In this document: positions 1 to 13,665 of the stretch, piece after piece
Layout of the letters: the number at the start of each line of letters is the position of its first letter
Numbering within the stretch: the first letter of the stretch is position 1
Assembly: GCF_036321535.1 (NCBI RefSeq)
Contig: NC_087472.1
Coordinates: 100,814,001-100,878,000 of the forward strand
Direction: 5' to 3'
DNA from: Camelus dromedarius
Taxonomy: Eukaryota
DNA: 64,000 bases
Position numbers and translations under genes: made by a program
Notes under the pieces: generated by a model
Database searches by the model: none
Told to the model about the DNA's origin: nothing
What the model saw: only the letters and a program-made list of their open reading frames with translations

Positions 1-2096
1 ATAAAGCTGCCACTTACAGAGTTTTCACCAGCCAAAACTCAGCCATTCAACCATATCTAGCTGCAAGAGGAACTGAGAAAATGTAATGTTTCAATTAGGT
101 AGCAATGCACTCGGCTGAAAACCGTATATCCCCTTCTGTTCTTATCTCCCTGATTTTCCCTTTCTCTTGACATTGCAAAATCCCAATGTTCCCTTTCTGC
201 ACTTTCACTTTTTTTTTGGTTTTTATTATTTTTTGAGGGGGAGGGGACGTAAAATTTGGGCATTAACAATGCAAAGCACAGAAAAACAAGCAAAAGCCCT
301 AGAGACCCTAAAACACAAGTCACTCACGGAGGCCTTCCATTCCTAACATGGGCTCATGGCGGCCCCACCTATCTGTTGTGTGGTTGGGGCTTGGGCCCTG
401 TGGGGTGTGGCACACTGAACAGGGGGACTTCAAGGCAGAAGGGAGGGTCCTGGAAGCCATCTGCCCCACAGGCTCCTCACTGGTGAACGATGACTCACTC
501 CCCTCTCCTCAATGTCAGTGTGATACAGTCACCATCAGAAGCATCCTGACATTCAAGGCCTCATCCTGACCCTGGCACTTGGGCCGCAGCCCTAGCCTTG
601 AGGCACCTCTGGCTGCCAATCCTCACAGACCTTCAGGCTTTTAAGGGCTCAGCAAAGCAAAATGTTGATAATCTCAAGAAACAGTAATGATTTGGAGGAA
701 CAGGGCACTGAAATCCAGGGGATCCTGCTTGGGCACTGACTCAAGTATAAATAACCTCTGGAGAAGCATCCTCCACGGCCATTCTGAAATCTGTCCCAAA
801 CAGCTCTGTGGTCCCCAAGAGAGGTGGCATAGTACACCGCACACTATTAAGTGCTCAAAAGTGTGTTCTTTTTTCAGGGAACTGAATAACACAATGAGAT
901 TCCTGGTGATTTTTACAGCCCTGACCACATGTAACTATTGAACAATAACAATAGTTCAGCTGGAGATACAAAGTTACCTGAGAAAAGAGCTTCTCGGCAA
1001 AGGAACTGGTTACACAAAAAGGGTTCTAAAGCCTCGTACTTTTTTTTCCTTTTTTTAAAAAATAAACTGAGAATAGAACATCAGGCCCTCTCACTCAGAG
1101 CCTTGCGCTTTTAGTTTCGATACATATCCAATAACTGGGATATCTGGTTCTCCTCACCCCCTGAGCCCCCCAGCCTGTATTATGTTAGAAGCAGAAAATA
1201 CAAATGGTTGGGCAAATATAAACGTAATTTAAGGAACTCCTGTCAACAGCTGTAAGTAACAGCTTACATTTAAAGAGAGTAAACAAAAAACCTCTACAAA
1301 TAGACCCTCCTCCTCCAAATCACAGAAATCTGTGGTCATTTATAGGCACAAGTAACCCTATAGCCTCAAAGGCTCATGAGGGTTGTCAGAAATTACAGTA
1401 CAGAGGAATAACAGATTTATAAAATATTGACTATGATCAAAAGCAAGTTAGATTATGTTACTATGAGCATTATGAAACACTGAAAAGACACAATATTTTA
1501 ACATTTCCAATCAAAGTAGTTTGTTTAAAGGAGGTAAAACGTTAGTTACCTGAAAACATTTATAGATCTGGTTTCTAATTATTCTCCCGTTATGGCAGAG
1601 AAACAAGACTATACATACTGTCTACCACGCAGTTCCTAATGCGACTGTTTACATGTTTTCTATCAAAACTAGTATAGATTTCAGAAGTTTAAATATTCTT
1701 CTAAGAAAGCTTATCATACCTGTCTTTCAAGGCGCAGTTTCTATGCTACCACATTTAATGAGCCCTTAATTTCTAGTACCTCCTCTTACCCTCCCCCACA
1801 TTTTATGGCACACTTCGCTTTTTACCATGAAGTATGGTATTTATGGATTTTTTTCTAGAGTTTTGTGTGCTAGAACTGTATCTTACTCATTCCCCTTAAT
1901 CGCCTGGCCCGTCCCACCTGCCAGGTGAAGGCTAACGGAAGCTCACTTTTTCCCCCAATAGGACACGGGTCACTGAAGCAAGATTCCCCTGGCCTTCTAA
2001 GATGCATCTGGCTATTAGTGAGGGTATATTCTGCGGAGACTCTCAGCCTTGCTGTAACATTGAGAGGCTAAATTTCTCAACCCTGCCCTCCCCTCA

Positions 2097-2273
<177 letters not shown>

Positions 2274-3455
2274 CTAGAGCAGAATACGGACAAGGATTCA
2301 ATAAGCACACCAGTACGCCTAATTAAGATATGCAACCGCACCCAAGAGGAGAACAAAAGCAAACCAAACCAAATCAAACCAAAACTCAACCCCCTCTCCT
2401 CTAAAGAAAAGACTCAATCAAAAAAGAAACCAAAACTCTCCCAATGTTCACAATGCAAGTGATGCTAGTTAAAGTCTGCTGCCCTCTTAATAATTTTCCC
2501 TGCATTAGGAAAAATTGGCAGATGTCATGCAGCTTTGTTAAACCTCAACCCTTAAAGCATTCCCATGCTGTTAGTTTTAGTCGCTGTAAGAGAGAGCAGT
2601 TAAACTGGGCTGTAACAGGAATTGCTGTCGTATCCTTACATTCCATACTGCAGTTAGGTTATGAGCCAGTTCAATAAAACAAAAATTTGTTCCTGCTGGG
2701 GAAATGTTCCAAACACTGTATCTGGTGATGCCAAAGAAGTCTAACAGGCTTTCAAGGACAGCAAAGTGGGAAAGTATGGTTTGAATCATATTCCCAAGAC
2801 ACTACCCAGTAAATCTGGGTCCAGCATTATATACTATGAAAATGCTGGAAATTTGTGCCACAAATTCCAGATGAATGCAATTGGTCTAGTCACCGATTTT
2901 GGTGAACACAGGAGAGTAACTCCAAACGCCAAGCAAAAGCCCTGGCCTTAAACTAAGTGACCAGCAAAAGCTAGAGCCAGGCAAGGAAAGAGCAAATCAC
3001 CAACTAACAGAAGCTGTTTTTTCATGGAGCCTGCAAGCTCACTTAATTTGGTCAAATCAACTTGGTTTCAAAGAAACAAACTGCCAACCAAGTGTTGAAA
3101 GACTTTGCAAGCCAAACGAAAAGACATTCGTTAATTGTAAATGTTAATCAAATCCTTTACAGGCAATAAGGGATTTCATGAATGCTTCTGCCAACAACTG
3201 GCTAATCAGACAACCCAAACTAGCCTTTCACTAGTTTGTTTGTTTAATAGCCTTTGATGCTTCAACCTCCTTAACTGATTCAGAAAATCCAGAATGTCAA
3301 AGAATTTATATCTCAGTGAATTTATGGAACTGGCTCAGGTACTTAACTAGCACAAAGAGACTATGACCCCATGAAAATAAAAGACATGCTGTTGTCATCA
3401 GTAAAACAAGTTTACTGGAGCGGTTTTCAGGGCTACCATACGTAAAAATGGGTAC

Positions 3456-3578
3456 CATGGGTGGAGTGACTACAGGAAGCTTTTTCAAAGAAGAACTATG
3501 CTTTAAATGATTCTTTGAATTAAAAAGAGGAAAGAGGGATTTCTTGATGCTTGGATTCTCCCCGTTGGTGGAATCTGT
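3456..3578 (-). CDS. CDKL5: CDKL5 alternative exon 16b (exon 17 in newer numbering; 123 nt, 41 aa) TDSTNGENPSIKKSLFPLFNSKNHLKHSSSLKKLPVVTPPM
   Basis: Within ORF 3306..3596; acceptor ttgcag|ACA; weak donor ATG|gtaccc; phase 0-0; size matches the known cassette exon. Confidence 0.92.
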
Positions 3579-5749
3579 CTGCAATATAAGATACAAATAA
3601 ACTAATTGCCAAAGGAAAAAAAAGGAGTTCTTATTGAAACTCCTAGCCCTTGGATGCCCTGGAATTATTAAACATTAACAGTCTCTGAAAGAATCTCTGT
3701 GTTGTGTGTGCATCTAGAGATGTTCTGTGTCATTTCTCATCTGGACATGAAGATGCCAGTAATGTAAATTCAAGACATGTACAAACTTCTATGTTATATA
3801 AAGAACATCTGGACACGATCAATACTTATAACAGGAATGTCTAGAGACCTATACAGATATATTCACATTAAGCTTACAGAATGTTTAAGGATTTATTTAT
3901 TAACAGAAATATGACTGTTATAAAGAACTGTGTTTAAAGATCTATTGATGAATTTAAATCTTTTCCTAATTGCCAGAAGGGACTTAAGCAACTAAATAAT
4001 CTACCATGTAATCTGCCTATTAAGGAAAAAGAAAAGGTACTGCAAATTCTTTTGAATGTGGTCAACTCTTGAACCAGAAAACATAACTTGGAAGAGGAAT
4101 ATCAATATTGCAGAATTCTTAAAGGAAGAAGCCTGGTTCTACGCTGAGAAGTATTCACTCCATGTAAAATAGCTGGCACAATTCAGAATATGCCAGAAAA
4201 GTGAAGAAACAGAAAGTTCAATCCTTAAACTGAAGTATGATTACCAGTTGGGATACTAACTAACTAGGGTACAATTACCAAGTTGGCAAAGTCACCATAT
4301 GCTCTGAGGGCTTATGTAACTCTCTGAATGTGGAATTGAAGCCAGATTTTCCAAGGCGGCTTCCAGATTTGCTTGATTCAAAGCAGGCACCTTTACAATA
4401 CAGAATGATTTTCTGGCACCACTTTTCCCTGTTTTGGGTATTTCAATAGCCAGAGAATCAGGATGTATATGAAGGTAGGCGGGTCATCTTTTACAGGGGT
4501 GTATGCAGACATTTGAGTGAAATAGCCCATAAGGTTTCCTGCTCCCATGACGGGGACCCAGGAAGAGTTTAACTTGCATGGCTAAGGAGGCCACAAGAAA
4601 GCTCTCAGGAACAAGTGGCTGGCGGCACTCCACACAGGTGGGCCCGTGGCAGGGCTGAGCCTCGGCCTGCTATTCAGGAGAACCCACCTCCAGGTCTCCC
4701 AACTGATTGCACAACTTCTGGCAGGTCACAACTTGCCTGGCCAGTTCCTATATTAGCAAAATAAAGGAGTAAAACTAGATTTAGGACCCACAGAGGCTTC
4801 TCTCTGCACTGGGTATCAGATTCCCATGAAGTTGAATCTTATGCAAAGGCCACAATGCTTTAAATCTTTCAAAGCTCATTTACGTAGTTTCCTTTTGCTG
4901 AGTTACAGAGTGAAGAAAAGCTAACTTTAATTCTGCTCCAATGCTCATTCGAAGCTAAACAAGGTCAGGCTAGTAGCCTGAGGTCTGCCAGGATACAATA
5001 CACTGAGTGCTCTTTGGAAATTTTACTTGAGACACCAAAGTCCTTTAAACATTTTTTCCTCTTTTAATTAAAAAATGCAGAGGTATAAACAACTTTTGAT
5101 TTGGAAGACTTAAGAAAGAAGTCATTGTGACCTGTGCAGAGATATTTTGCAGTTACTTTACATATCAAAAATGAAATGTATGAAAACGTAAAAAAAAGTA
5201 AGTTCAAGTGGACAGGATGTTAGAGAATAGTACATTTCCTATTTATTCTTATCTACATTATTTAAACATCTAAAATTCGAACCAAATCCTGAAAAATAGT
5301 CAATATGTACATACTTGACTCAGGCTGTGGCAAGTAGCAGGTTTAATGTTGGTCTAAGGCAGACAAAACTAAGTCTATACACAAAAACACCTTCAATTCC
5401 TTGGTCCTTGCTACTTTCTTCCTCTTAATCACCCTATAATGGCTAGGAGCCTGAGGTTAAGAACAAAAACAACTTCAAACTAAAAGTAACAGTGGTAAGG
5501 AGAAGAAGGTAGTCTACGTTTAATGTTCATGATGGATAAGTAAGTTTCTTAGACAATGATAAAAATTTTATTTTATTAGCACTTTATATATTTTAAGCTT
5601 CTCTACTTTAAATCAGGTCTATTTTGCTCACCTGTTCTAAATAATATATGTAGTTAATATCTGACTAAGTGACATTTTGATTGGACCTTCTACATTAAGT
5701 TTCAGTTAGAGATTATGGGCAGGTTTAAAAAAAATGAACATTTTAGGAA

Positions 5750-6050
5750 TATCACGCAGCCATTAAAATGAAGATAATAAAATTGTGTAGTAGCATACAT
5801 ATTGTGTGTATGTATGATAGAAATACTATTAAAAAGTCAGAATACAAAATTGTAGTAGAATGGCTGCTATTATTTAAAACACTAAAAAACTACCTTCTTT
5901 CTACAAACGTATGCATAGGCTAAAAAGCTAGGAAGAAATATACCAAAATCCTAATACTAGTTGTGATAGTGTGGCAAGATTAGAAATCATCATTTTTTCC
6001 TCAATTTTTCCATAATGAGCTCATATTTGCATTCTAAGAAAATAAAAAAT
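5750..6050 (+). mobile_element. Old L1 3' end fragment
   Basis: gcagccattaaaatga, aaaaagtcagaatacaaaattg, ggaagaaatataccaaaat. Confidence 0.5.
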
Positions 6051-7034
6051 TTAACAAGCAAGTAAAAGAGTAATATAGAAAGTAACCAAGGAAGGCCTTT
6101 ATTAATATTTCTAGAACATCTGTGATACTCATCTGAGAGATGAAATCAATCAAGTCCATCTGAGCAGGCCATTTTGATTATGCATGCCTTTTTCCTTTTT
6201 AAATAAATGAGAGCCAATCATCTATGAAGTAAAACTAGAAACAATAATTTAAAATGGCTGACTCAACCTTGTCTAGTCTGAAAGGTATCATAAAGCAAAG
6301 GAGGAAGCAAGCCTCATGAGGGTGAAGATGCTCCTGCTGGCCTGGATGTCCCCCTGCCCCTTGTTTTCTCATGTCACGAACCAGCAGAATCCTTGCCTGG
6401 ATGGTTCAGTGATGTGATGTGCACAGTTATATGCAGCCAGCCCTGGGATCAGGCAGAGGGTTCTCAGGAGATGAGACTCATTCCATTTCACAGTTCAATC
6501 ACAAGAAAAACATTTCTTCCTACTAAAGTGAGCCCTGAAATGTCAAATACTATCTCCCGTCTGTGACTATGCAGCCCAGAGATGCACTTGTCAACGTGGG
6601 AATTGGATAACCAGCCAGAGCAGAATGAATGATGGTTAGTTAAGAATTTTAAGATTTAAACATCAACAAAAACCATTTCCTGAATTTTCACTTATCTTTC
6701 ACTTAACCCCAAGAGCAAAATAAATCCTGTAGCTTCATAGTTTTTACATGAGCATAAATTCACATGCATAAGGCGTTTATTGAGAAACGGTTAAAGTGTC
6801 CTCTCTCATCTAAATTAAATTTCTTCTATTCCTGGAGATCCTGTTGAATCTAGAAAAGGCTCTGTGAAAGGAGGATTGCTGTACAGAATTTGAGAAAGAA
6901 ACATATATAGTATATGCATGTCAAATCTCACTAAGTAGATAATTCACTTTGATTGCCATGTACAAAGTGCAAAGTACCCACAGACTAATGTAGACTCACA
7001 TGCCATTGTAAACAGAAATTGGCCATCTACTTAC

Positions 7035-7134
7035 TGTTTGAGATTTCTTCTTTTTCTTTTTCATTGACCTGAAAAACCCTTGTTTTTCCTTTTCCTTGAG
7101 TTGTTCAGAATGACTAATGTTTTCAGGACTTTTC
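7035..7134 (-). CDS. CDKL5: CDKL5 exon 16 (100 nt), [33 protein letters not shown], with a poly-Lys NLS-like stretch
   Basis: Acceptor catttag|GAAA; donor ACA|gtaagt. Confidence 0.96.
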
Positions 7135-8239
7135 CTAAATGGGAAGACATTTTTTATCATATTGATCTTTTAATCATTCTCCTGCCATTACATGACAAAT
7201 ATAATGAAGAACAAAAATGCATGACACCAGGTTCAAATAGCCATGAAGAATCAAGCACACAGGTAAAGAGCCTCTAAAAAGCACAGAAGGAACTGAATCT
7301 AATCAACTATGGTTAATGATTAGCCTTTGGCAAAGGCTCACTCAAACTAGCAATTTGAGCATTATAGCAACTTGATCTATAACTGTGCTGCAAGACCATT
7401 TTCATGCTGTTAAAAACCTCAGAATTAGAGAGTCTGAAAAGTACATGGTTTGAGGATGCCTTTTCTGTAAACCTTCGAGGGAAACAGAAACATTTTCAGT
7501 ATCTTTGTTTTTCTATTTACCTTTTTAAAACCAGCTTAACAAGTACATTATTAGTGGCTTGCCAAGGTACTGAACATTAAAAAAAAAAAAAAAAAAGCTG
7601 CTACAGAAACCTTATAACTAAAAGTAAAAAATGCCTGAAACTGGAAAATCCCTTCATAAAGATACTGTGTCTATTTATTAAAAATAAAAAAAAACAGATA
7701 AGGTAAGAAAAAAATGGAGACAGGATGAATGTTTTAATACAAAGCACTCTTCTGGACAAAAAGCTTCTAACTGAGAAAAAAAAAATGGCATTAAGCATCA
7801 TACCACTGACACCACCAGGTATTCTAATACAAATCAGAGATATTAAAAGACAACCAACAAGATACTTTGGACCCAACAAGTTGACTACATGTATGTTAAT
7901 AGAGGCCTTATATATTACTTAATTTAATTTACAGTCTTTAAAAAACAACTCAAATGGTGCTGTTCTCAAAAAAGGCACACTCCATGGGCTCTATTTTGAA
8001 TTTGAACATCTAGATGACTGTGAAAAACCATTTTCTCAAATGACTGAATTCCTTCTATTAGCTACTCCCTAAAATCAAGAGTAGAAACATTAAAGGTGAC
8101 AGAGTCCATTCTTATTTATGGTTTTAGAACACTGAACAGTGAAGTTATTAGAACATCTAAAACAATATGAGCAAACCAGCATCCTTTACTTGATTAAATC
8201 TCTGTGAAGGCAGAAAACATCTATATAAACTATTACAGA

Positions 8240-8510
8240 TCCACATGATAGAAAACACCATGAAGCTATTTTTTTAAATCATATCTTCAAAGAATTTTCA
8301 CAATATGAAAGAATATTCAAACTACAATACCAAGTGAAAACAACAGGGTTCAAAACTTTCCACATAGTATGAGCCCAAATGTAATTATTTAAAGGCATAT
8401 GTGTATACAAACTTTTTTAAAAAGCAGGAAGAAAATTTTAAAAAATCTTAATAGTTATCATCTCTGGGTAGTAGGATTATTGGTGACTTATCATTACTTC
8501 TTTTTAATTT
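8240..8510 (+). mobile_element. Old L1 3' end fragment
   Basis: aagtgaaaacaacaggg...aatagttatcatctctgggtagtaggattattggtgactt. Confidence 0.45.
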
Positions 8511-10604
8511 CAACAACAAACATGTACTACAGATAAAACAAAAAGGTTTTACAAACCACAGAAAATTAATTTGAAAAGCCGAGAATTCAAGATCAAAGAC
8601 AACAAGGGAAAAAACTGAGAGAGGCAAAAAACAAGAAGTAAAAACCATGACTGTCTGAAGGAGCCATAGTTATTTCTTCTTAAGCATTTAGCCTAAAACA
8701 TGATGGCAATACCAAAGAAGTAAAACCATGTACTGTAGGCACAAGTGTTCCTGAAACTCATTAGGAACTGCAATTTTAAACCTCATTGAGAGAGTTCCAA
8801 GTTCTGAAGTTAAAGTTTTGTAATACAAAAACCACCACTAAAATAACTAGTGTTGGAACTCAGAAGGATGCATTTACAATTTTGAAAGCTAGAAAACTTC
8901 AGACATGATGGAACCGCTGAGAATGGAATAGTGAAAAGTTAAAGATTCTTTCAACTCAGTGTTGTAGAGCTGGGGAAAACGCTCTCATCATAATGACAGA
9001 CTGGGCCTATTCGTCAAAGTTTCTTATGACAAGTACTTTTGAGATTAAAGAGATGAGAACCCTTGTATGGGGCCTAAAGACAGACTGACCTAAACTAAAT
9101 TCCAGGCCACAGCATTCAGTCATGTGAGAGTTCTAGGGAACACGGCAGGCAGTGTAAGTAGTTCGCTGGAATCACCAAAGTGCCACTCTTAGGACTGAAA
9201 GGAACCTCAGAGAGCATCTAGTCCAATCAGCAATACTATTTTTAGTGTAACTTCTAGAAGCTAAAGAATTATATGCTTATGATGTAGCTTATGTCCTTCC
9301 ACAATGGCATCTGCACATAACCTAGAAGCACAGCAGAGTATTCAGATTAACAGGTAGAAGTTTTTCCTAACCAGAATTAAAGTCTAACAAAATCTCAAAG
9401 GTCTGCTGAGGGTCAGTTAGTAAAAGTGCTTTCTGCCAATCCAGGAAGTCTTTAAGGGGGACACATTCATCATGACCACAACCTTGGGACGGAAATGGGC
9501 ATTACTCTAAGAATGTTGGTATTGGCATGAGAGGAAGTGAAGGCTTGAGACACTAGTCCTAGGGGAAACAGGATTTGGGTGGAAAGAAGTCTGTCCAATA
9601 AAATGAAAGTGAGGATGGGGTGTGGGGGGAAGGATACTGAAAGAAAAGAAGGAGCAGGACAAAAAGCCCAGTGTTTGCAATTCCTTGTGTCCCCCAAACA
9701 CAGAAGATGAATCAAAGACTCTCTGCAGGGTCTTTTCAGAGGCACTGGATAAGTTAGAGCCAGGGGCAAAGGGGAATGACGAGGAAAGCATCTTCAAACT
9801 GGAGCTGAGGAGAGGCAGTGGGGCCAAGATCCAGGTGGGAAAAGATCCCAGGGACCAAAACAAAAAAGGAAATAAAATTACCTTTGGACTTGAGGATGAA
9901 AGCTAGGAATAAAGTATGAGTTTGCATGCATCTCACAAAAGACACAAAAGGAAGTCAGAGAGGACGAAAGGGTGCAAGTGGGGGAAAGAGAGGCAGACAG
10001 AGAGAGAAAAAGACAAAGAGAGGGAGAAGCCACAATGAAACATACACATACAGATAATTAGCAGAGAAACAGAACAGAGAAAAGCCTGGGAGAGAGACTC
10101 AGGGGTGGAGAGAAGCTGTCTGGAACACAGGTGCCGAAAAAGCTGTGTGCTGCACAAATGAATGAAGAGAGAGGCTTGAACATTTATAACCAGTACTACA
10201 TCCAATGGTTAAGAAGAGTAAGCCCCGTAATTTAATCTCATTTGTGAATTCTGGACCCTGCGATTGATCCTACCTGGTATGGTCAATAGCTGTGTGCTGA
10301 GCTTAGCTAACTGTATAGGCAACAGAAGGGTTCAAGAGGAGCAGCACAAGGGAAGGGCAAGCGGGTGATCACATAAGTCTCAGGGACAGGAGTTTTGAAG
10401 AGGACCCACCTAGTCACCTGGCTCATTATCCAGGGAACGGGGTCGGCGAGGACTATGGTAGGGGTGGGGGAGGTGTAACAGTCTCCTTCCCGAACAGCCC
10501 TGGGACTTCAACATTACCTAACACAACAACTACTATCTCCATAAGGGGTCAAGAGGAAAGAGAATTCAAAAGACTCATCTAAAAAAAGAAAGGAATTAAA
10601 ACTG

Positions 10605-10730
10605 AATCAATGCCAACCAACATTTACAGAGTACTTTGTATGCGCCAGGCCCTGTGTTAGGTGTTGGAGATACAGAGCAAAATTAAAACAAGGACTGGGA
10701 CTTCAAGCTACTTGCAGACTCAAGGCGGGA
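10605..10730 (-). mobile_element. L2 3' tail
   Basis: caacatttacagagtactttgtatgcgccaggccctgtgttaggtgttggagatacag. Confidence 0.6.
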
Positions 10731-12172
10731 GAATCACAGGTTTGACAGAGGGCCAGGCTCCCAGGGCTCCAAAATAATCTTTCCTGGAGCAGCAGCTTGA
10801 GGTGAGTCGAACAGGAGAGGAGCTTACCCTGTGACACTTTCCCTGCCACCTCCCCTCCCCTGCCAGTGTGGCTAGGGTGGGTCAGCTAACACCCGAGACT
10901 AGAAAGTCAGTGACTAATTCTACAGGAATCATTCTGGGAGTTATAATTACAAGTAATAACAGATACCAATGTATTCATAACTGTACAAGAAGAGAAAATC
11001 TGGGATTGTGCAAGTGAGTGACAGCAATTCTTCACTTATCTTAACTACTGGGATTTCTAATTAATTTGGTTTACTGTTTAAGTGTCAGTTTTTAAGCCAA
11101 TTTTGACAGCAGTCTTTCTAAACACTTTGTCTTTTTAAGGAAAGTGAGAGCAGCCTATTTTAAAGATATATACTGTACATGGGTAGCTATTCTATCCATG
11201 AAACCATAACGGCTAGAAAAGATTTTCCCACTGGGGCCTGAGAAAAAGCAAAAATACCCCTCTTCTCTCTATACATACTGTTCAGGATCTTTCTCCCTCT
11301 GCATACTGCACTGTTATCTGGGATTATTTCTTGCTTGACAACCTCAGTGCCAAGTGCTAGAACTGTGCATTAAAGAAGAACAAACAGGCTTACAGGGAGG
11401 GTAGAGGTGTTTTCCCGTTAGTAAAGATGATGAATCTGACTACATTACCTCTATTTTTGTTGTTCTGAGATATTCTGGCTTATCTCCCGGTTCTTCACTG
11501 GATTCTGGACAGCTGAGATGGCCAGAATAACTGCTCTGGATATTATAGTACAATATCTACTTATCACTTTAAAGTATGACATAGTAGCTTGAGTTTTCCA
11601 ATGCAAGAAATGTGTACACTGTACAAATATCCTCTTCCCAAAAGAAATGCAAAGTACTACTACCAAGGAGAAACAGACTGCCCTTAGGTAAGCAATAATT
11701 TAGGAATAGCAATTCGCAAGTCACCATGGCAAAGCTTGTTCACGTTTTTGTAACAGTTATCAAACGGCATTTCTCTCAAATATAAACAATATGGTGAACC
11801 AATGAGAGATCTTGTTCAAGAAAAAAACCAAGACAAGGCAAGCTTAATGGATGACTTAGACTAAGTCAGATGTGATGCATGAAGGAGAAATATCATAGGA
11901 GCATAGGGGTAGTAGGAACAAGAGAATACAGCCAGGTCATCCCTGGCAATTCTGGAACTCTCTCATGCCTCCTAATAGCAATATCAGAGTAAGGATGATT
12001 CGATGAAGACTTGTCTAAAGTTCAACATCCCAATTGTACCTCTAGCACTTCTTAAAACAGTTGCTTTTAGGTTTCTACAGCATTTCCAAGCCTAAACAAG
12101 CTCTACTTATATTATCAGAAAAATGAAAACAATTTGCTGTTAAGATTACTTATGCCACATATGGATTTAGTT

Positions 12173-12269
12173 GTTTTTTTTTTAAATGGAAGTACTGGGA
12201 ATTGAACCCAGGACCTCGTGCATGCTAAGCATGTGCTCTACCACTGAGCTATACCCACCCCGACCCCCA
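12173..12269 (-). mobile_element. tRNA-Ala-derived SINE, camelid vic-1-like, short form
   Basis: Minus strand reads GGGTATAGCTCAGTGGTAGAGCACATGCTTAGCATGCACGAGGTCCTGGGTTCAATTCCCAGTAC plus A tail; Pol III A and B boxes; TSD gatttagtt at 12164-12172 and 12270-12278. Confidence 0.88.
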
Positions 12270-12619
12270 GATTTAGTTTTCACGCGACCTACCTCATTTT
12301 CACAGGACTATGTTAATCTGTAATTGATGCTCTTTTAAACTGTCACCCACCACTTCATCATGCAATGACCAAGATGAAAAACAACTCCTTCTGTATCCTT
12401 GCAATGTAGACACTATTCTAATGGTTTGTCAAAGCCATGCTTGAAAACTGTCAATGCCAGTAACTCAAAGAAGCTGTACCTGTGCTATCAGCTTAATGTA
12501 TAGATCTTGCCTACAGTCACATGGAGGAAGAATGCAGTGAAGTTTATCAGCAAAGTAAGTGGAGGGGAGACACTTGACAAGTCATACTGAAGTTAGAGGA
12601 CATTAATGATAAAAACCGC

Positions 12620-12840
12620 CACTGCTAACATGAATAAGTCACAACGGTGCCAGCACTGCTCTAGGTGCTTTTGATGTTTTATTTCATTTCATGATCACAT
12701 TTACCCTATGAAGGCGGTGCTATTCTTAGCCTGTTTTACAGATGAGGAAACTGAGGGGCAGAGAGGTTAAGTGCACACAGCCAGAAGGTCACACTAGTCA
12801 AGATATCCTATTTCCAGAGTCTAACCTCTGAGTCGCCACT
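12620..12840 (-). mobile_element. MIR SINE
   Basis: Core ttttacagatgaggaaactgaggggcagagaggttaagtg. Confidence 0.8.
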
Positions 12841-13469
12841 GTTAAAACTCTCATTTTATAAATAAGGCAATGAATATAAAACGTGCTTACAAAAGTATTC
12901 TTAGCTTTAAGAAAATCGTTTTTATTATTGTTTTAAAAATCAGTAAGTTATTTTCACCATAGGGCATGGTAACACTGAAACCTTGATATAACCCTGCCAA
13001 CAGGGTCCAAATTGTGTGAATTCTGGCAATAAACAGCAGAGATAGAATCTGACAGACAGGTCTTATTCTCAATTCACTGTTGTTACAGTGATGCACAATT
13101 TTATTCTATTGGTGGTGAACTCTGTAGTTCTACGAAATACATATAAACACCAATCACATCTAGACTCAGGGAAGTCTTTCTGGGTAGCTGAGAACATAAA
13201 GTCTACATTATTAAGAAAATAGTCCTTACCCTCTCAGACAGATCTACTAATGAGACCTGATCCATGTTATAATTCTCTAACTAAATTTTTATTACATATG
13301 ACACAAAAAGATAAAAGGATAAGCAACATTGGCGCATCATTTTATCCGCAGACTACCATTACACTTCCGTGGTAGCATGAAGGGTTGTTCCCTTCTTTCT
13401 CTCTTTTCACATTGAATGAAAGTCAGGTGGCACAGAAGTAAAAGACACAAGCTTTGGATTACAACCCAT

Positions 13470-13665
13470 CGGGGTCTAGATCCTGGCTCAGTCCTCCCTG
13501 TTACGGGCTGTCCAGCACCAGGCAGGCTCCTTACCTGCTCTAAGCTGCAGTTTCCACATCTGGAGAATATGAGGCACTCTTTGAAGTAGGCTTCAAGGGC
13601 CGATTTTGAGAAGTGAGTGAGACAGTGCACACAAAGTGCTAAGCAAAGTGTCTGCTACACAATTC
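13470..13665 (+). mobile_element. MIR SINE
   Basis: gatcctggctc...cttacctgctctaagctgcagtttccacatctg...aaagtgctaagcaaagtgtctg. Confidence 0.65.

Noticed and set aside
12190..12261. Apparent tRNA-Ala gene
   Set aside because: A tail, TSD and a degenerate acceptor stem identify it as a SINE.
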